Source: Patescibacteria group bacterium
GTDB lineage: Bacteria > Patescibacteriota > UBA1384 > XYA2-FULL-43-10
Assembly: GCA_041674405.1 (NCBI GenBank)
Contig: JBAYVT010000001.1
Span: 1,012 to 65,011 of the forward strand
Reading direction: 5' to 3'
DNA length: 64,000 nt
In this document: one piece after another, positions 35,774 through 45,121 of the stretch
Layout of the letters: each line of letters starts with the position of its first letter
How positions within the stretch are numbered: position 1 is the first letter of the stretch
Notes under the pieces: model-generated
Told to the model about the DNA's origin: nothing
Databases searched by the model: none
The model's input: the letters and a program-made list of their open reading frames with translations, nothing else
Translations under genes and position numbers: made by a program

Positions 35774-36343
35774 TTATTTTATTACTTTTATTTGAATAAG
35801 ACCGTGTATCAGCAAACTGCCGATGAGGATATATCCGACCGGCATAGCAATTTTCTGGAACGGAAAGTATGAATGATTGTGGTTTTTTCGTTTTAACGTA
35901 TTGTAATTTACCAGTGCTAGGACAAATAAAACGGACCCCGCTATCATTCCATCCAGCAATCGATCAATTCCCAAAAAAGTATTTTTAGGGTGTCCTATAA
36001 TACCGGTGTAATAAAGCGGTAAGATTGTAATAAAATATAGTGCCAAAGCGGCTAGAGGATAAATATATCTTGGCTCGACTTTTTTTGATTTCATCCAATT
36101 GAACATCCAGAAAGTAAGAGAAACCATGAGGGCGCCGATCCACATTCCGGTGATAAGATCATCGATCTTAAAATATCGAGAAAGCCCAAGCCCTGCAGCT
36201 ACAGCAACAGTACAAACTGGGCAAAAAGCGCTAACAGCAGTAGGAACTAGCGCAATTATCCCAGCAATTGCGATTGCATAAAATTTTGATGATCTTAGCT
36301 TCATAGGCAAAATAATCATATACAAAAATAATCCTGATTTCAA
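35774..36343 (-). CDS. Membrane protein (189 aa, about 5 TM, CPVC motif)
   Basis: Hydrophobic helices. FCPVCTVAVAAG. Confidence 0.45.
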   Translation of the reverse strand: MKSGLFLYMIILPMKLRSSKFYAIAIAGIIALVPTAVSAFCPVCTVAVAAGLGLSRYFKIDDLITGMWIGALMVSLTFWMFNWMKSKKVEPRYIYPLAALALYFITILPLYYTGIIGHPKNTFLGIDRLLDGMIAGSVLFVLALVNYNTLKRKNHNHSYFPFQKIAMPVGYILIGSLLIHGLIQIKVIK

Positions 36344-36475
36344 TAGAAATATCAGATTAAATTATAAATAAGCCGTCGAAATTGGTGTGTGATCTCTTGT
36401 ATATCATTCTAAAGAAATTTTTAGGTTAGCTTGTTATGATCAAAACACTAAAAATTGAATAAAGGGTCGAAATAA

Positions 36476-36510
36476 CAAAAGCAGGCCATTGGCCCGCTTT
36501 TGTTGTATTT
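36476..36510. other. Long A/T-flanked hairpin (aacaaaagcaggcc-attg-ggcccgcttttgtt)
   Basis: 14-bp stem with 1 mismatch and a 4-nt loop. Could be a bidirectional terminator or the end of an unannotated small RNA. Confidence 0.3.
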
Positions 36511-36623
36511 AGGCTTAAATTAGGGTAAATTATACTGGTATTTGGGCATTTAGTCCCGATGCGTGCCGATCGGGATTCCGAAAGTGTTGCTCTTCGGGAC
36601 TCAAAGCGTAATTCTAAATATTT

Positions 36624-36698
36624 GGTCGCTTAACTCAGCGGTAGAGTGCTTCGTTCACATCGAAGAAGTCACTGGTTCGAATCCAGTAGCGACCACCA
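36624..36698 (+). tRNA. tRNA-Val (anticodon CAC), CCA encoded
   Basis: Hand-folded: acceptor ggtcgct/agcgacc, anticodon stem cttcg/cgaag with loop ttCACat, T-arm actgg-ttcgaat-ccagt, discriminator A, CCA. Confidence 0.8.
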
Positions 36699-36805
36699 GA
36701 ACACTCTGATGAGGCCACCCCGACCAGTCGGGGTAATGCCCACCATTCGACTTTCGGTCTTCGCCTGAATCATATGATAAACCAAACTAATATTCAATCA
36801 AAAAA

Positions 36806-36836
36806 TGCCCGCCAGGGCCTTTTGTTTTTATAGACC
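36806..36836. terminator. Bidirectional terminator between tRNA-Val and island G gene
   Basis: aaaaaatgcccgccagggccttttgttttt: short GC stem flanked by A and T runs. Confidence 0.35.
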
Positions 36837-36897
36837 ATGAACGACCCCTTGTGGAGGTCGTCAGGCACTTCTTCTTGGAAGCCAAGAGATTCGGCTT

Positions 36898-37263
36898 CTA
36901 GGCGATATAGGGACACGGTTTGCCATTCTCATGGATTCCGTGGCAAAGACCACAGACGTACTTGTCTGCGAATACCTCTTGTGGGTGGGCTTTGGGCGGC
37001 TGGTCTTTGAGTGTATAGTGCTCGCCGTTGAAGTCCCAACACATACTAGGACACCACTGCCTAGCCCTCTCGGGAGTATTTCTTACAGCGTCGTCGCTGT
37101 CCAATGCAAACATGGCGGCGACAGCTCGTAGAACCTCCTCTCGGTTGGTCGGATCCTCGACATCCACCTCTGTCTGCGTTGGGAAGGTCCTCTCTGGAAA
37201 GTAGACCCTGATGCGGTGTTTTTCTTCCATGGTGGCGGGTGTCTCACTCCTTTCGTGCGACAC
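36898..37263 (-). CDS. Hypothetical protein, high-GC island G (121 aa, Cys-rich C-terminus)
   Basis: GC about 56%. CPSMCWDF...CGLCHGIHENGKPCPY. Located 200 nt downstream of tRNA-Val. Confidence 0.45.
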   Translation of the reverse strand: MSHERSETPATMEEKHRIRVYFPERTFPTQTEVDVEDPTNREEVLRAVAAMFALDSDDAVRNTPERARQWCPSMCWDFNGEHYTLKDQPPKAHPQEVFADKYVCGLCHGIHENGKPCPYIA

Positions 37264-37369
37264 CTAATTTATATAACATTTCTGTGTATTCGTCAATGAT
37301 ACCTGGTCAAATAGATTTGAATTTAGATTAATGTTATGATTAATTTGGATCATAATTCAGGAGGGAAAT

Positions 37370-37663
37370 ATGCAAATAAAAGAACTTTTAGCCAAAGGTA
37401 AAGAAATCTGGGGCGAACCGGCGGAGCCAATCACGCTCTCATATATTATCGTTCGGATGGGAAAGGTTTTTGGCGACATTTGTCGATGGGAGCGCAATGC
37501 GCCCAAAGACGCCTCTGTCCACTCAGATGACGACTTAAAAAAGGAGCTAGGTAATATAATATTTAGCACGATAAGATGGTGTGATGACCTCGGATATGAT
37601 CCTGAAGAGTGCATCAATCTTGCTATTAAGTGTCAAGAAGACGGTCATGCTAAGCTTGCATAA
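37370..37663 (+). CDS. MazG-like nucleotide pyrophosphohydrolase domain protein (small)
   Basis: 97 aa all-alpha. Spacing of EExxE/DxxE-like acidic residues (ERNAPKDASVHSDDDLKKELGNIIF) resembles MazG-like/YpjD proteins. Confidence 0.45.
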   Translation: MQIKELLAKGKEIWGEPAEPITLSYIIVRMGKVFGDICRWERNAPKDASVHSDDDLKKELGNIIFSTIRWCDDLGYDPEECINLAIKCQEDGHAKLA

Positions 37664-37731
37664 TTATTCTTGAAAAAACCTCAATTTTATGCGATAATGC
37701 TGAAGTATAAGAATTAAACATGTGAGAGAAA

Positions 37732-37938
37732 ATGGCAGAACCAAAGAAAAGGACAAACAATTCAAAGCAAGGCATGCGTAGAATGCATGACAAGAAATCT
37801 GTTTCCGGGCTAAATTATTGTCCAAATTGCAAAGAGCCGAAGAGAATGCACTCAGTTTGTGATAGCTGCGGTTTTTATAATGGGAAATTGGTTATCGAAC
37901 AGAAAAAAGAAAAAACTGATTCATCCGTAAAAGAATAG
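37732..37938 (+). CDS. rpmF: 50S ribosomal protein L32
   Basis: MAEPKKRTNNSKQGMRRMHDK...CPNCKEPKRMHSVCDSCGFYNGK: L32 Zn-ribbon pattern. Confidence 0.8.
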   Translation: MAEPKKRTNNSKQGMRRMHDKKSVSGLNYCPNCKEPKRMHSVCDSCGFYNGKLVIEQKKEKTDSSVKE

Positions 37939-37958
37939 AAATTAATTTTTTTTGATAA

Positions 37959-38390
37959 ATGAATCGACATCTTGGTAGAATGATCGCAATGCAGACACTT
38001 TTCGAATATGATTTTCGAGATGGTGCTGATGTTGAGGAAATAAAATCTCGCAATATTAACGAGTATAATGATGCAACCGACTCAGAATTTGTAGTGAAGC
38101 TTGTTGATGGTACACTTAAATCTACTGAGTCTATTGACGAAGAAATCAAAGCAGCAGCTCCGGAATGGCCCCTGGATCAAATATCGCTTATTGATAAATC
38201 AATTCTTCGCCTTGCTATTTATGAACTTAAATACGAGAATGACGTGCCTGCTAAAGTTGTTATAAATGAAGCAGTTGAGTTGGGAAAACAATTTGGTGGA
38301 GAAAATTCATCGAAATTTATCAACGGCGTTCTCGGAACTGTTTATGAGAAAATAACTTCTGGAGACAATAAAAAAAGTGACGACAATTGA
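37959..38390 (+). CDS. nusB: Transcription antitermination factor NusB
   Basis: MNRHLGRMIAMQTLFEYDF, all-helical, 143 aa. Confidence 0.8.
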   Translation: MNRHLGRMIAMQTLFEYDFRDGADVEEIKSRNINEYNDATDSEFVVKLVDGTLKSTESIDEEIKAAAPEWPLDQISLIDKSILRLAIYELKYENDVPAKVVINEAVELGKQFGGENSSKFINGVLGTVYEKITSGDNKKSDDN

Positions 38391-39075
38391 TTTTGAAAAA
38401 GTTATCGGTATTGAATTTAAAAACAAAGATCTTTTAAATAACGTATTTATTCATCGATCGTATTTAAATGAGCACAGAAGCTTGCAGCTCGAACATAATG
38501 AAAGATTAGAATTTTTAGGAGATGCTGTTCTGGAGCTTTGCGTGACACAATACTTATTTAACAAATTTTCCGATAAGCCTGAAGGTGTCATGACCAACTG
38601 GAGATCCGCGCTTGTAAAAGGTGAATCTCTCTCTGCCGAGGCTAAGCGCCTTGGTTTAAATGATCTTATAAAGACATCTCGCGGAGAAGCTAAAAATGTC
38701 GGAAAAGCGCGAGACTTGATACTGGCTAATGCGTTTGAGGCTTTGATAGGTGCAATATATCTTGACCAAGGGTATGAAATTGCATACAAATTTATTGAAA
38801 AAAATATTATTTATAAACTTGCCGAAATTATCAACCAAGGTTTATATTACGATTCAAAAAGTAAATTTCAAGAACTCGCACAAGATGTTTTAAGTATTAC
38901 GCCGTCATACACTACTGTTTCCGAGAATGGGCCCGATCATGCCAAGGTTTTTGTTGTCGGCGCATTTCTGGGAGACAAAAAAGTCGCTGAGGGATCAGGC
39001 AACTCTAAACAAAAAGCACAAAGTGAAGCAGCTAAAGCCGCCCTTCAAAAATGGGACGATATTTGTAAACAATAG
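38377..39075 (+). CDS. rnc: Ribonuclease III
   Basis: ERLEFLGDAVLE catalytic signature plus C-terminal dsRBD (GPDHAKVFVV...GSGNSKQKAQSEAAKAAL). Confidence 0.9.
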   Translation: MTTIDFEKVIGIEFKNKDLLNNVFIHRSYLNEHRSLQLEHNERLEFLGDAVLELCVTQYLFNKFSDKPEGVMTNWRSALVKGESLSAEAKRLGLNDLIKTSRGEAKNVGKARDLILANAFEALIGAIYLDQGYEIAYKFIEKNIIYKLAEIINQGLYYDSKSKFQELAQDVLSITPSYTTVSENGPDHAKVFVVGAFLGDKKVAEGSGNSKQKAQSEAAKAALQKWDDICKQ

Positions 39076-39080
39076 CTCTA

Positions 39081-40037
39081 TTAGTTGAACCACTTGATAT
39101 TGGTAAATCCCCAATCAAGCAATTTTCGCGATTCATCAGCTGAGGCTGGCGCTGTGTCAGCGTAAGTGTGTAAAACAATGCCTATTAGCGTGTGTCCATC
39201 TCTTTTTGCGGCTGAGACAAGGCAATGTCCAGCTTCGGGCATATAACCGGTTTTAACGCCAATTGCCCCGGGATATTGGTATTCCCCGACCAACCTGTTT
39301 GAATTTTTTAATTCGTGGTAAATACTATTGTCAATGTTGGTAGCGGTATATTCTTGCGTGTTTACAATTTCCCTAAACTTTTCAAATCGCATGGCGTATT
39401 TCGTCGCAAGAAACAAGTCATATGCACTTGAATAGCCGGCTACATCAAGACCCGCCGGGTCTAAATAATTGGTATTTTTCATTCCTAGGCGTGCTGCTGT
39501 TTCATTCATTTTGGAAACAAAGTCCGCTGTGCTAGAGTTGTCTTTTGACATGTGCTGAGCTAATGCATAAGCGGAATCATTACCTGATTTAATTAATAAG
39601 CAATGCAGCAAATCATCTACGCTGATTTTTTCTCCGACTTGTAAATATGCATCGGCACCGATCTGGTAGGCAGCCTCTGGAGTTATTGTAACTATATCGT
39701 CCAATTTGTAATTTTCGAGTACAACTATAGCAGTCATGATTTTTGTTGTTGATGCAATTGGTACTCTTGTATTAGAATCATATGAAGTAAAAATTGTGCC
39801 GCTGTCCATATCGGCTAAAAGATAGTGATTTGCGTTAATATTTGGGTTTGGGGCATTTTTTGAAACCTGCGGGCGAATTACAACTTCTGGCAAAGATAGA
39901 TCAATCATTGATGCTGCCGCAGTATTTTTTGAACCATTTTCGTCCTTATATATCGCATTATCCAATTTGAAAACGATCGGAGAAAACCCAATCAAATTAA
40001 AAAAAATTGACATCGCGATTATAGATTTTAGAATCAT
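39081..40037 (-). CDS. D-alanyl-D-alanine carboxypeptidase (peptidase S11, low-MW PBP)
   Basis: SxxK (IASTTKIMTA), SGN (IKSGNDSA), KTG (VKTGYM). N-terminal signal anchor. Confidence 0.8.
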   Translation of the reverse strand: MILKSIIAMSIFFNLIGFSPIVFKLDNAIYKDENGSKNTAAASMIDLSLPEVVIRPQVSKNAPNPNINANHYLLADMDSGTIFTSYDSNTRVPIASTTKIMTAIVVLENYKLDDIVTITPEAAYQIGADAYLQVGEKISVDDLLHCLLIKSGNDSAYALAQHMSKDNSSTADFVSKMNETAARLGMKNTNYLDPAGLDVAGYSSAYDLFLATKYAMRFEKFREIVNTQEYTATNIDNSIYHELKNSNRLVGEYQYPGAIGVKTGYMPEAGHCLVSAAKRDGHTLIGIVLHTYADTAPASADESRKLLDWGFTNIKWFN

Positions 40038-40744
40038 ATCATTTGGTCTCGATCGATAGACTTAAGTTGTCCGGCTCTCAAACCTATCTCATTAAGTACC
40101 AGCTTTCCTATTCGAACTCGTAGGATTGTGCAAACAGACAAACCAATTTTATCACACATACGGCGAATTTGTCGATTATAGCCAGTGGTAAGCACTAAAT
40201 TAAATTTGATCATATTTTTGCGTTTTTCGATCTTAATTTTATCAATTGATTTCGCCTGCATTCTTGTTCCTTTGATGTTGATCCCCTTGGTCAAGCGATT
40301 AAGGTCAGAAATTTTGAATGATTCAGACATATTAGCTTCGACGTAGTATTCTTTTTCATGTTTGAAACTCGGGTGCGTTAGTTGTTGTATTAGCTCACCA
40401 TCATTTGTAAGAATAATTAAGCCTTCCGAATCCATGTCTAGGCGACCGACGGGATTTAGTTTTTTTTCATCGGGAATATAATCAGCAATGGATTTTCTGC
40501 CAAGCTCATCGGACTTTGTTGCTACCACCCCCCTTGGCTTATAAAAAGCATAATATTCAAGCTTGGATGTGGCAATAATTATTTTGTCATTTACAACAAC
40601 TTTGTCGATCTTTGGATCGATAGAATCACCAAGTTTGGCAATTATCCCATTGACTTTGACTTTACCGGCACGAATATGCTCGTCAGCAGAGCGCCGCGAG
40701 CATATTCCATTACTTGATAAAAATTTGTTTATGCGAACTCTAGT
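40034..40744 (-). CDS. rRNA pseudouridine synthase, RsuA/RluB family
   Basis: N-terminal S4 domain (VRINKFLSSNGICSRRSADEHIRAGKVKVNG) and catalytic Asp in GRLDMDSEGLIILTNDG. Start placed at the internal ATG overlapping the aspS stop. Confidence 0.8.
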   Translation of the reverse strand, partial: TRVRINKFLSSNGICSRRSADEHIRAGKVKVNGIIAKLGDSIDPKIDKVVVNDKIIIATSKLEYYAFYKPRGVVATKSDELGRKSIADYIPDEKKLNPVGRLDMDSEGLIILTNDGELIQQLTHPSFKHEKEYYVEANMSESFKISDLNRLTKGINIKGTRMQAKSIDKIKIEKRKNMIKFNLVLTTGYNRQIRRMCDKIGLSVCTILRVRIGKLVLNEIGLRAGQLKSIDRDQMI

Positions 40745-42173
40745 CATCGATTTTTGTATCGGAATTCTTAATTTCCTTACCCTTCGCCTCTTTGGCAAGC
40801 TCGACGTGTACATCTTTGAGTTGCTGCTCGGATACAGCCGATGGGGCACCCATCATTACGTCTCTGGCGTCTCCGGTCTTCGGAAATGCTATCACCTCAC
40901 GAATTACATCTTCGCCAGCTAAAATAGCGGCTAATCGGTCAATTCCCGGCGCCACACCTCCATGTGGCGGAGCCCCATATTCAAAAGCTTCGAGCATATG
41001 CCCAAACCTGCGCAGCTTTTCTTCTTCCGAAACGCCCAAAAGATTAAAAATTTTATCCTGAATTTCACGAGTGTGAATCCTGATAGATCCGCTGGCGATC
41101 TCAAAACCGTTCAATACCAAGTCATAGCAGTATGATCGGACCTCTTCTGGTTTACTATCGAGTTTATCGATATCTTCTTTGTTCGGCATGGTAAACGGAT
41201 GATGAGACGACACAAGCTTCTTGTCTGCCTTTGAATATTTAAATAGCGGGGTATCAACAACCCAGCAAAAGCCGAACTCCTTCTTGTCTTCCTTATTCTT
41301 TCTAATATCCGGTTTGTCGTTGCCATATTCCTCCATCGAATCGGCAAACTTGATCCTTGGAAAAGGCTTTTCTGTAATTTTTCCGCCAGGGACTAGCTTT
41401 TTAACGATTTCTATCATCATCGGTTCGATAAGAGAGTAAATGTCTTCTTCTTCAATAAAACTCATCTCAATATCAAGCTGGGTAAACTCTGGCTGTCTAT
41501 CGCCTCTCTGGTCCTCGTCGCGAAAACAACGGGCGACCTGAAAATATCTTTCAATTCCACCAACCATAAGAAGCTGTTTGAATTGTTGAGGGCTTTGCGG
41601 CAATACATAGAATTCCCCCGGGTAAATCCTGGATGGCACGATATATTCCCTTGCGCCTTCAGGAGTCGATTTTGTAAGATACGGCGTTTCAATTTCCCGA
41701 AATCCTCTCTCCCATAAATACTCCCGAACCGTTTTTACAATATCGTGACGAAGTGTGATGTTTTTAGCCATTCGTTCGGATCGCAAATCAAGATAGCGAT
41801 ATTTAAGTCGTAGTTCCTCATCAACCCCAAGAGTATTTTTGTCAATTTCAAAAGGTGGGGTTTTAGCTTTATTTAGAACCTTGAGATCTACAGCTTCCAT
41901 TTCAACTGTGCCGGTGATCAAATCTTTGTTAATCATTTTTTCTGGTCGTGCATTGATTTTGCCTTCTATCGAAATAACCCACTCCGGCCGGATCTCAGAA
42001 ACCTTTTCATAAGCTTTTGATCCAGGTACGAAAACGACTTGCAAAAGGCCCGACATATCTCGAAGATCGATAAAAACAATCTTACCATGATCTCGGCGAA
42101 CATTTACCCAGCCAGATACTTTGACACTTTCGCCAATTTTTTTCACCGTTTCTGAAACTAGTATTCTTTTCAT
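40740..42173 (-). CDS. aspS: Aspartyl-tRNA synthetase (short form, no GAD insertion)
   Basis: OB-fold N-domain, class II motifs (FRDEDQRGDRQPEFTQLDIE, GGVAPGIDRL). About 477 aa from the MKRIL start, which overlaps the pheT stop. Confidence 0.85.
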   Translation of the reverse strand: MKRILVSETVKKIGESVKVSGWVNVRRDHGKIVFIDLRDMSGLLQVVFVPGSKAYEKVSEIRPEWVISIEGKINARPEKMINKDLITGTVEMEAVDLKVLNKAKTPPFEIDKNTLGVDEELRLKYRYLDLRSERMAKNITLRHDIVKTVREYLWERGFREIETPYLTKSTPEGAREYIVPSRIYPGEFYVLPQSPQQFKQLLMVGGIERYFQVARCFRDEDQRGDRQPEFTQLDIEMSFIEEEDIYSLIEPMMIEIVKKLVPGGKITEKPFPRIKFADSMEEYGNDKPDIRKNKEDKKEFGFCWVVDTPLFKYSKADKKLVSSHHPFTMPNKEDIDKLDSKPEEVRSYCYDLVLNGFEIASGSIRIHTREIQDKIFNLLGVSEEEKLRRFGHMLEAFEYGAPPHGGVAPGIDRLAAILAGEDVIREVIAFPKTGDARDVMMGAPSAVSEQQLKDVHVELAKEAKGKEIKNSDTKIDD

Positions 42174-42174
42174 T

Positions 42175-44433
42175 TTATCCTCGCAATTTAGCGTTATATT
42201 TATCTTCAACCTCGCTGATAATATTTTGGATGATTTGGTCGGCCTCGTGATCATTGAGGGTTTTATCCGGCGCCTGTAAATAAATGTGGAAAGCAACATT
42301 TTTCTTATTCAAGCCAAACATATCTGAAGCAAATTCGTCGAAAAGCTCAACACGATTAATCAAGTTTGAAAGTTTGTAAATTTCGCTAATAATATTATCT
42401 GACTTGACATCGATATCCAAAATAAATGCCAAATCGCGTGTGACAGACGGAAATTTGGAAACCGGGCGAAAATGAATTTCTCGATCGCTGACTTTTAGAT
42501 CAAGATCATCGTTGCTTGCGCTCATTCCGGCGATAATATCGGCGGTCTTTATTTCGAATACAAATGTATTCTGCTTCTTGATCTTGTATTTATTGGCGTC
42601 ATCGCCGATTAATTCTTTAATTTCTATTGTGTTTTTAATATTTCCAAGCCTGGAAAGAGCGGCTTTTGCCGATTCAATTAGTTTTTTGGGATCTTTGCCT
42701 GAGGCTACAACACCGACCATGCTTGTCTCGTCGGTTTTGGTAAACACGTTTCCAATCTCAAACATCAGAACCGGATCGAAAGTAGGGTTTTTTGCAACTG
42801 ATTTCAAAAGGCCGGGAATCAACGAATTTCTCATGTATTTATTTTCGGGCTGAACGGGATTTTTAACGACAAGTAAATTTTTATCGGAAATATCTAGATC
42901 ACGAAGGTCATGTTCAGACATGAATGAATAATTGTAAACCTCTGAAAAACCAAGGTTTGCAAGAATATCCTTGATGTATTCCCTTTTGAAATAGTCTCCC
43001 CTTTTTGGTTTTAGATTGGTCTCTGGAAGATTGTGCATTGGAAGTTTATTATAACCATATATTCTGCCAACTTCTTCAGCGAGACAGCGAAAATCAACTA
43101 TGTCGTGGCGAAATGTCGGGATAGCACATTTACTGCCCGATATCTCAAAACCAAGATTCTCCAAAACCTTATTAACCTCGTAATCCTTAAATTCGTGACC
43201 CAATAGATCATTAATGCCAGAGAAATTAATTTCAATTTCGTCTCTCTCCGGCTCGTTGCCCACAATCACGCATTCCCCTACTTCAGCATCCGGACAATAT
43301 TCAAGGATCATTTGGGTTGCCTTGTTGAGTGCGCGCTCAATACCAGCGCTATCAATTCCACGCTCAAACCTGTAACTAGCATCTGTCATTATCTCAAGTT
43401 TTTTTGCAGTCTTGCGAATTGTTTTTGGATTAAACTGCGCAGCTTCAAGAATAATGTCGATGGTATCGCTTTCAATTTCTGAATTCTTACCGCCGATAAT
43501 TCCGGCTATTGCGATCGGTTTTTCAAAGTCAGCGATAACAAGATCATCATCGGACAGAATACGAATTTTATCATCCAGTGAAATCATTTCTTCATTATCG
43601 CTAGCTGAACGAACGGCAATTTGATAATCTTTAATTTTTTTGGCATCAAAAGCATGCATCGGTTGCCCTAGATCGAGCATAATATAATTTGTAATATCGA
43701 CAATATTATTGATCGGCTTAAATCCGCAGGCCAAGAGTCGATTGGCTATCTTGTTGTTTGATGGGCCTACCTTAATATTTTTAATGATTCTAGCGCCATA
43801 TCGTGGACATTTATTCTTATCAAAAATCTCTATGTTTAGTTGGTCTTTTGTCTTATTTTTGGCATCAAATTTTATATTGGGATAATTAATTGTCTCCGAT
43901 AACGTGGCGGCGACTTCGCGTGCCATACCGATATGGCTAAAGCAATCACCGCGATTTGGGGTTGGTTTGATGTCAAGGACAATGTCTTGTGATAAGATTT
44001 CCGAAATCTTTGTTCCCAATGGTGTATCGGGCGGCAAAATCTTGATGCCGGAATGATCATCCCCCACACCAAGTTCGCGCTCGGAGCAAAGCATGCCGGA
44101 TGAAGCAACACCACGAATTACGGCTTCTGAAATTTCCATATCCCCTATCTTAGTACCGGGTTTGGCCAAGGGGACGCGTTGCCCAACTTCAATATTTGGA
44201 GCACCGCAAACAATCTGTATGTCATTTTTGCCATCATTAACCACAACTTGATGAAGCCGGTCTGCATTGGGATGTTTGTCAATTTGTTTAATTTCAACTA
44301 CGATAACATTTCCGTCGATCTCACCGATAACATCCTCGACTTCCGTACCAGAAAATATAATCTTGTTAACTAGATCCTCGTCAGAAACATTACTATTTAG
44401 ATAATCAACAAGCCAGCTTTTTAAGATTCTCAT
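42175..44433 (-). CDS. pheT: Phenylalanyl-tRNA synthetase beta subunit
   Basis: 752 aa. N-terminal tRNA-binding OB domain, B3/B4, B5 and C-terminal anticodon-binding domains. Confidence 0.9.
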   Translation of the reverse strand: MRILKSWLVDYLNSNVSDEDLVNKIIFSGTEVEDVIGEIDGNVIVVEIKQIDKHPNADRLHQVVVNDGKNDIQIVCGAPNIEVGQRVPLAKPGTKIGDMEISEAVIRGVASSGMLCSERELGVGDDHSGIKILPPDTPLGTKISEILSQDIVLDIKPTPNRGDCFSHIGMAREVAATLSETINYPNIKFDAKNKTKDQLNIEIFDKNKCPRYGARIIKNIKVGPSNNKIANRLLACGFKPINNIVDITNYIMLDLGQPMHAFDAKKIKDYQIAVRSASDNEEMISLDDKIRILSDDDLVIADFEKPIAIAGIIGGKNSEIESDTIDIILEAAQFNPKTIRKTAKKLEIMTDASYRFERGIDSAGIERALNKATQMILEYCPDAEVGECVIVGNEPERDEIEINFSGINDLLGHEFKDYEVNKVLENLGFEISGSKCAIPTFRHDIVDFRCLAEEVGRIYGYNKLPMHNLPETNLKPKRGDYFKREYIKDILANLGFSEVYNYSFMSEHDLRDLDISDKNLLVVKNPVQPENKYMRNSLIPGLLKSVAKNPTFDPVLMFEIGNVFTKTDETSMVGVVASGKDPKKLIESAKAALSRLGNIKNTIEIKELIGDDANKYKIKKQNTFVFEIKTADIIAGMSASNDDLDLKVSDREIHFRPVSKFPSVTRDLAFILDIDVKSDNIISEIYKLSNLINRVELFDEFASDMFGLNKKNVAFHIYLQAPDKTLNDHEADQIIQNIISEVEDKYNAKLRG

Positions 44434-44440
44434 ATAGCCT

Positions 44441-45121
44441 CTAAAATTGCTTTAAAAATCGAAGATCACTTGATCTAAACGTCCGAACGTCGGAAATACC
44501 ATAACGAACCATGATTGGCCGCTCGACGCCAGGACCAAAGGCAAAACCAGTATATTTGTCAGGATCAAGCCCCATATTTTTAATTACAACTGGATTTACC
44601 ATTCCTGCGCCGCCCAGCTCAAGCCATTTACCACGAAAGTTTGTATCAAACTCAATCGAAGGTTCGGTAAACGGAAAATGATGGGGGCGAAAACGCAAAT
44701 CTATTGTTTCACCAAAAATTTCTTTGTAATATTCCTTCAGGATGTTGAAAAGTTGGCCGATATTTACCTTCTCGTCGATATAAAGGCCTTCAATCTGAAC
44801 AAATGTTGTCTCATGGCCGGAATCAGTTGCTTCGTTGCGAAAACAAACTCCAGGAACAACTACGCGAAATGGCGGTTTGTGTGTTTCTCCATACCGAACT
44901 TGCGAATTCGAGGTTTGGGTCCGTAAAACTCGTCCATCTTCTAGCCAAAAGGTATCTTGTACATCGCGAGAGGGATGATCAGAAGGCGTATTTAAGGCAT
45001 CAAAATTGTACCACTCAGTATCAACCTCGGGGCCTTCATAAACATCAAAACCGTGTGACTCAAAAAATTTGACCGACTTGCGAATTATTTGAGTAACAGG
45101 GTGTAAATTACCTCGTGTCAT
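44441..45121 (-). CDS. pheS: Phenylalanyl-tRNA synthetase alpha subunit (catalytic core only)
   Basis: Class II motifs (FRPHHFPFTEPS, GGAGMVNP...GFAFGPGVERP). 226 aa, lacking the usual N-terminal about 100 aa. Confidence 0.85.
   Translation of the reverse strand: MTRGNLHPVTQIIRKSVKFFESHGFDVYEGPEVDTEWYNFDALNTPSDHPSRDVQDTFWLEDGRVLRTQTSNSQVRYGETHKPPFRVVVPGVCFRNEATDSGHETTFVQIEGLYIDEKVNIGQLFNILKEYYKEIFGETIDLRFRPHHFPFTEPSIEFDTNFRGKWLELGGAGMVNPVVIKNMGLDPDKYTGFAFGPGVERPIMVRYGISDVRTFRSSDLRFLKQF

Noticed and set aside
40563-41061. Plus-strand ORFs of 119 and 89 aa inside aspS/rluB region
   Set aside because: Antisense to conserved aspS and pseudouridine synthase genes. No SD. Biased composition.
42175-42299. 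Long N-terminal extension of aspS ORF (MLLSTFIYRRR...) overlapping pheT
   Set aside because: The extension overlaps the pheT C-terminus by more than 120 nt. The conserved AspRS N-terminus begins at MKRILVSE, which gives the typical 2-nt stop/start overlap.
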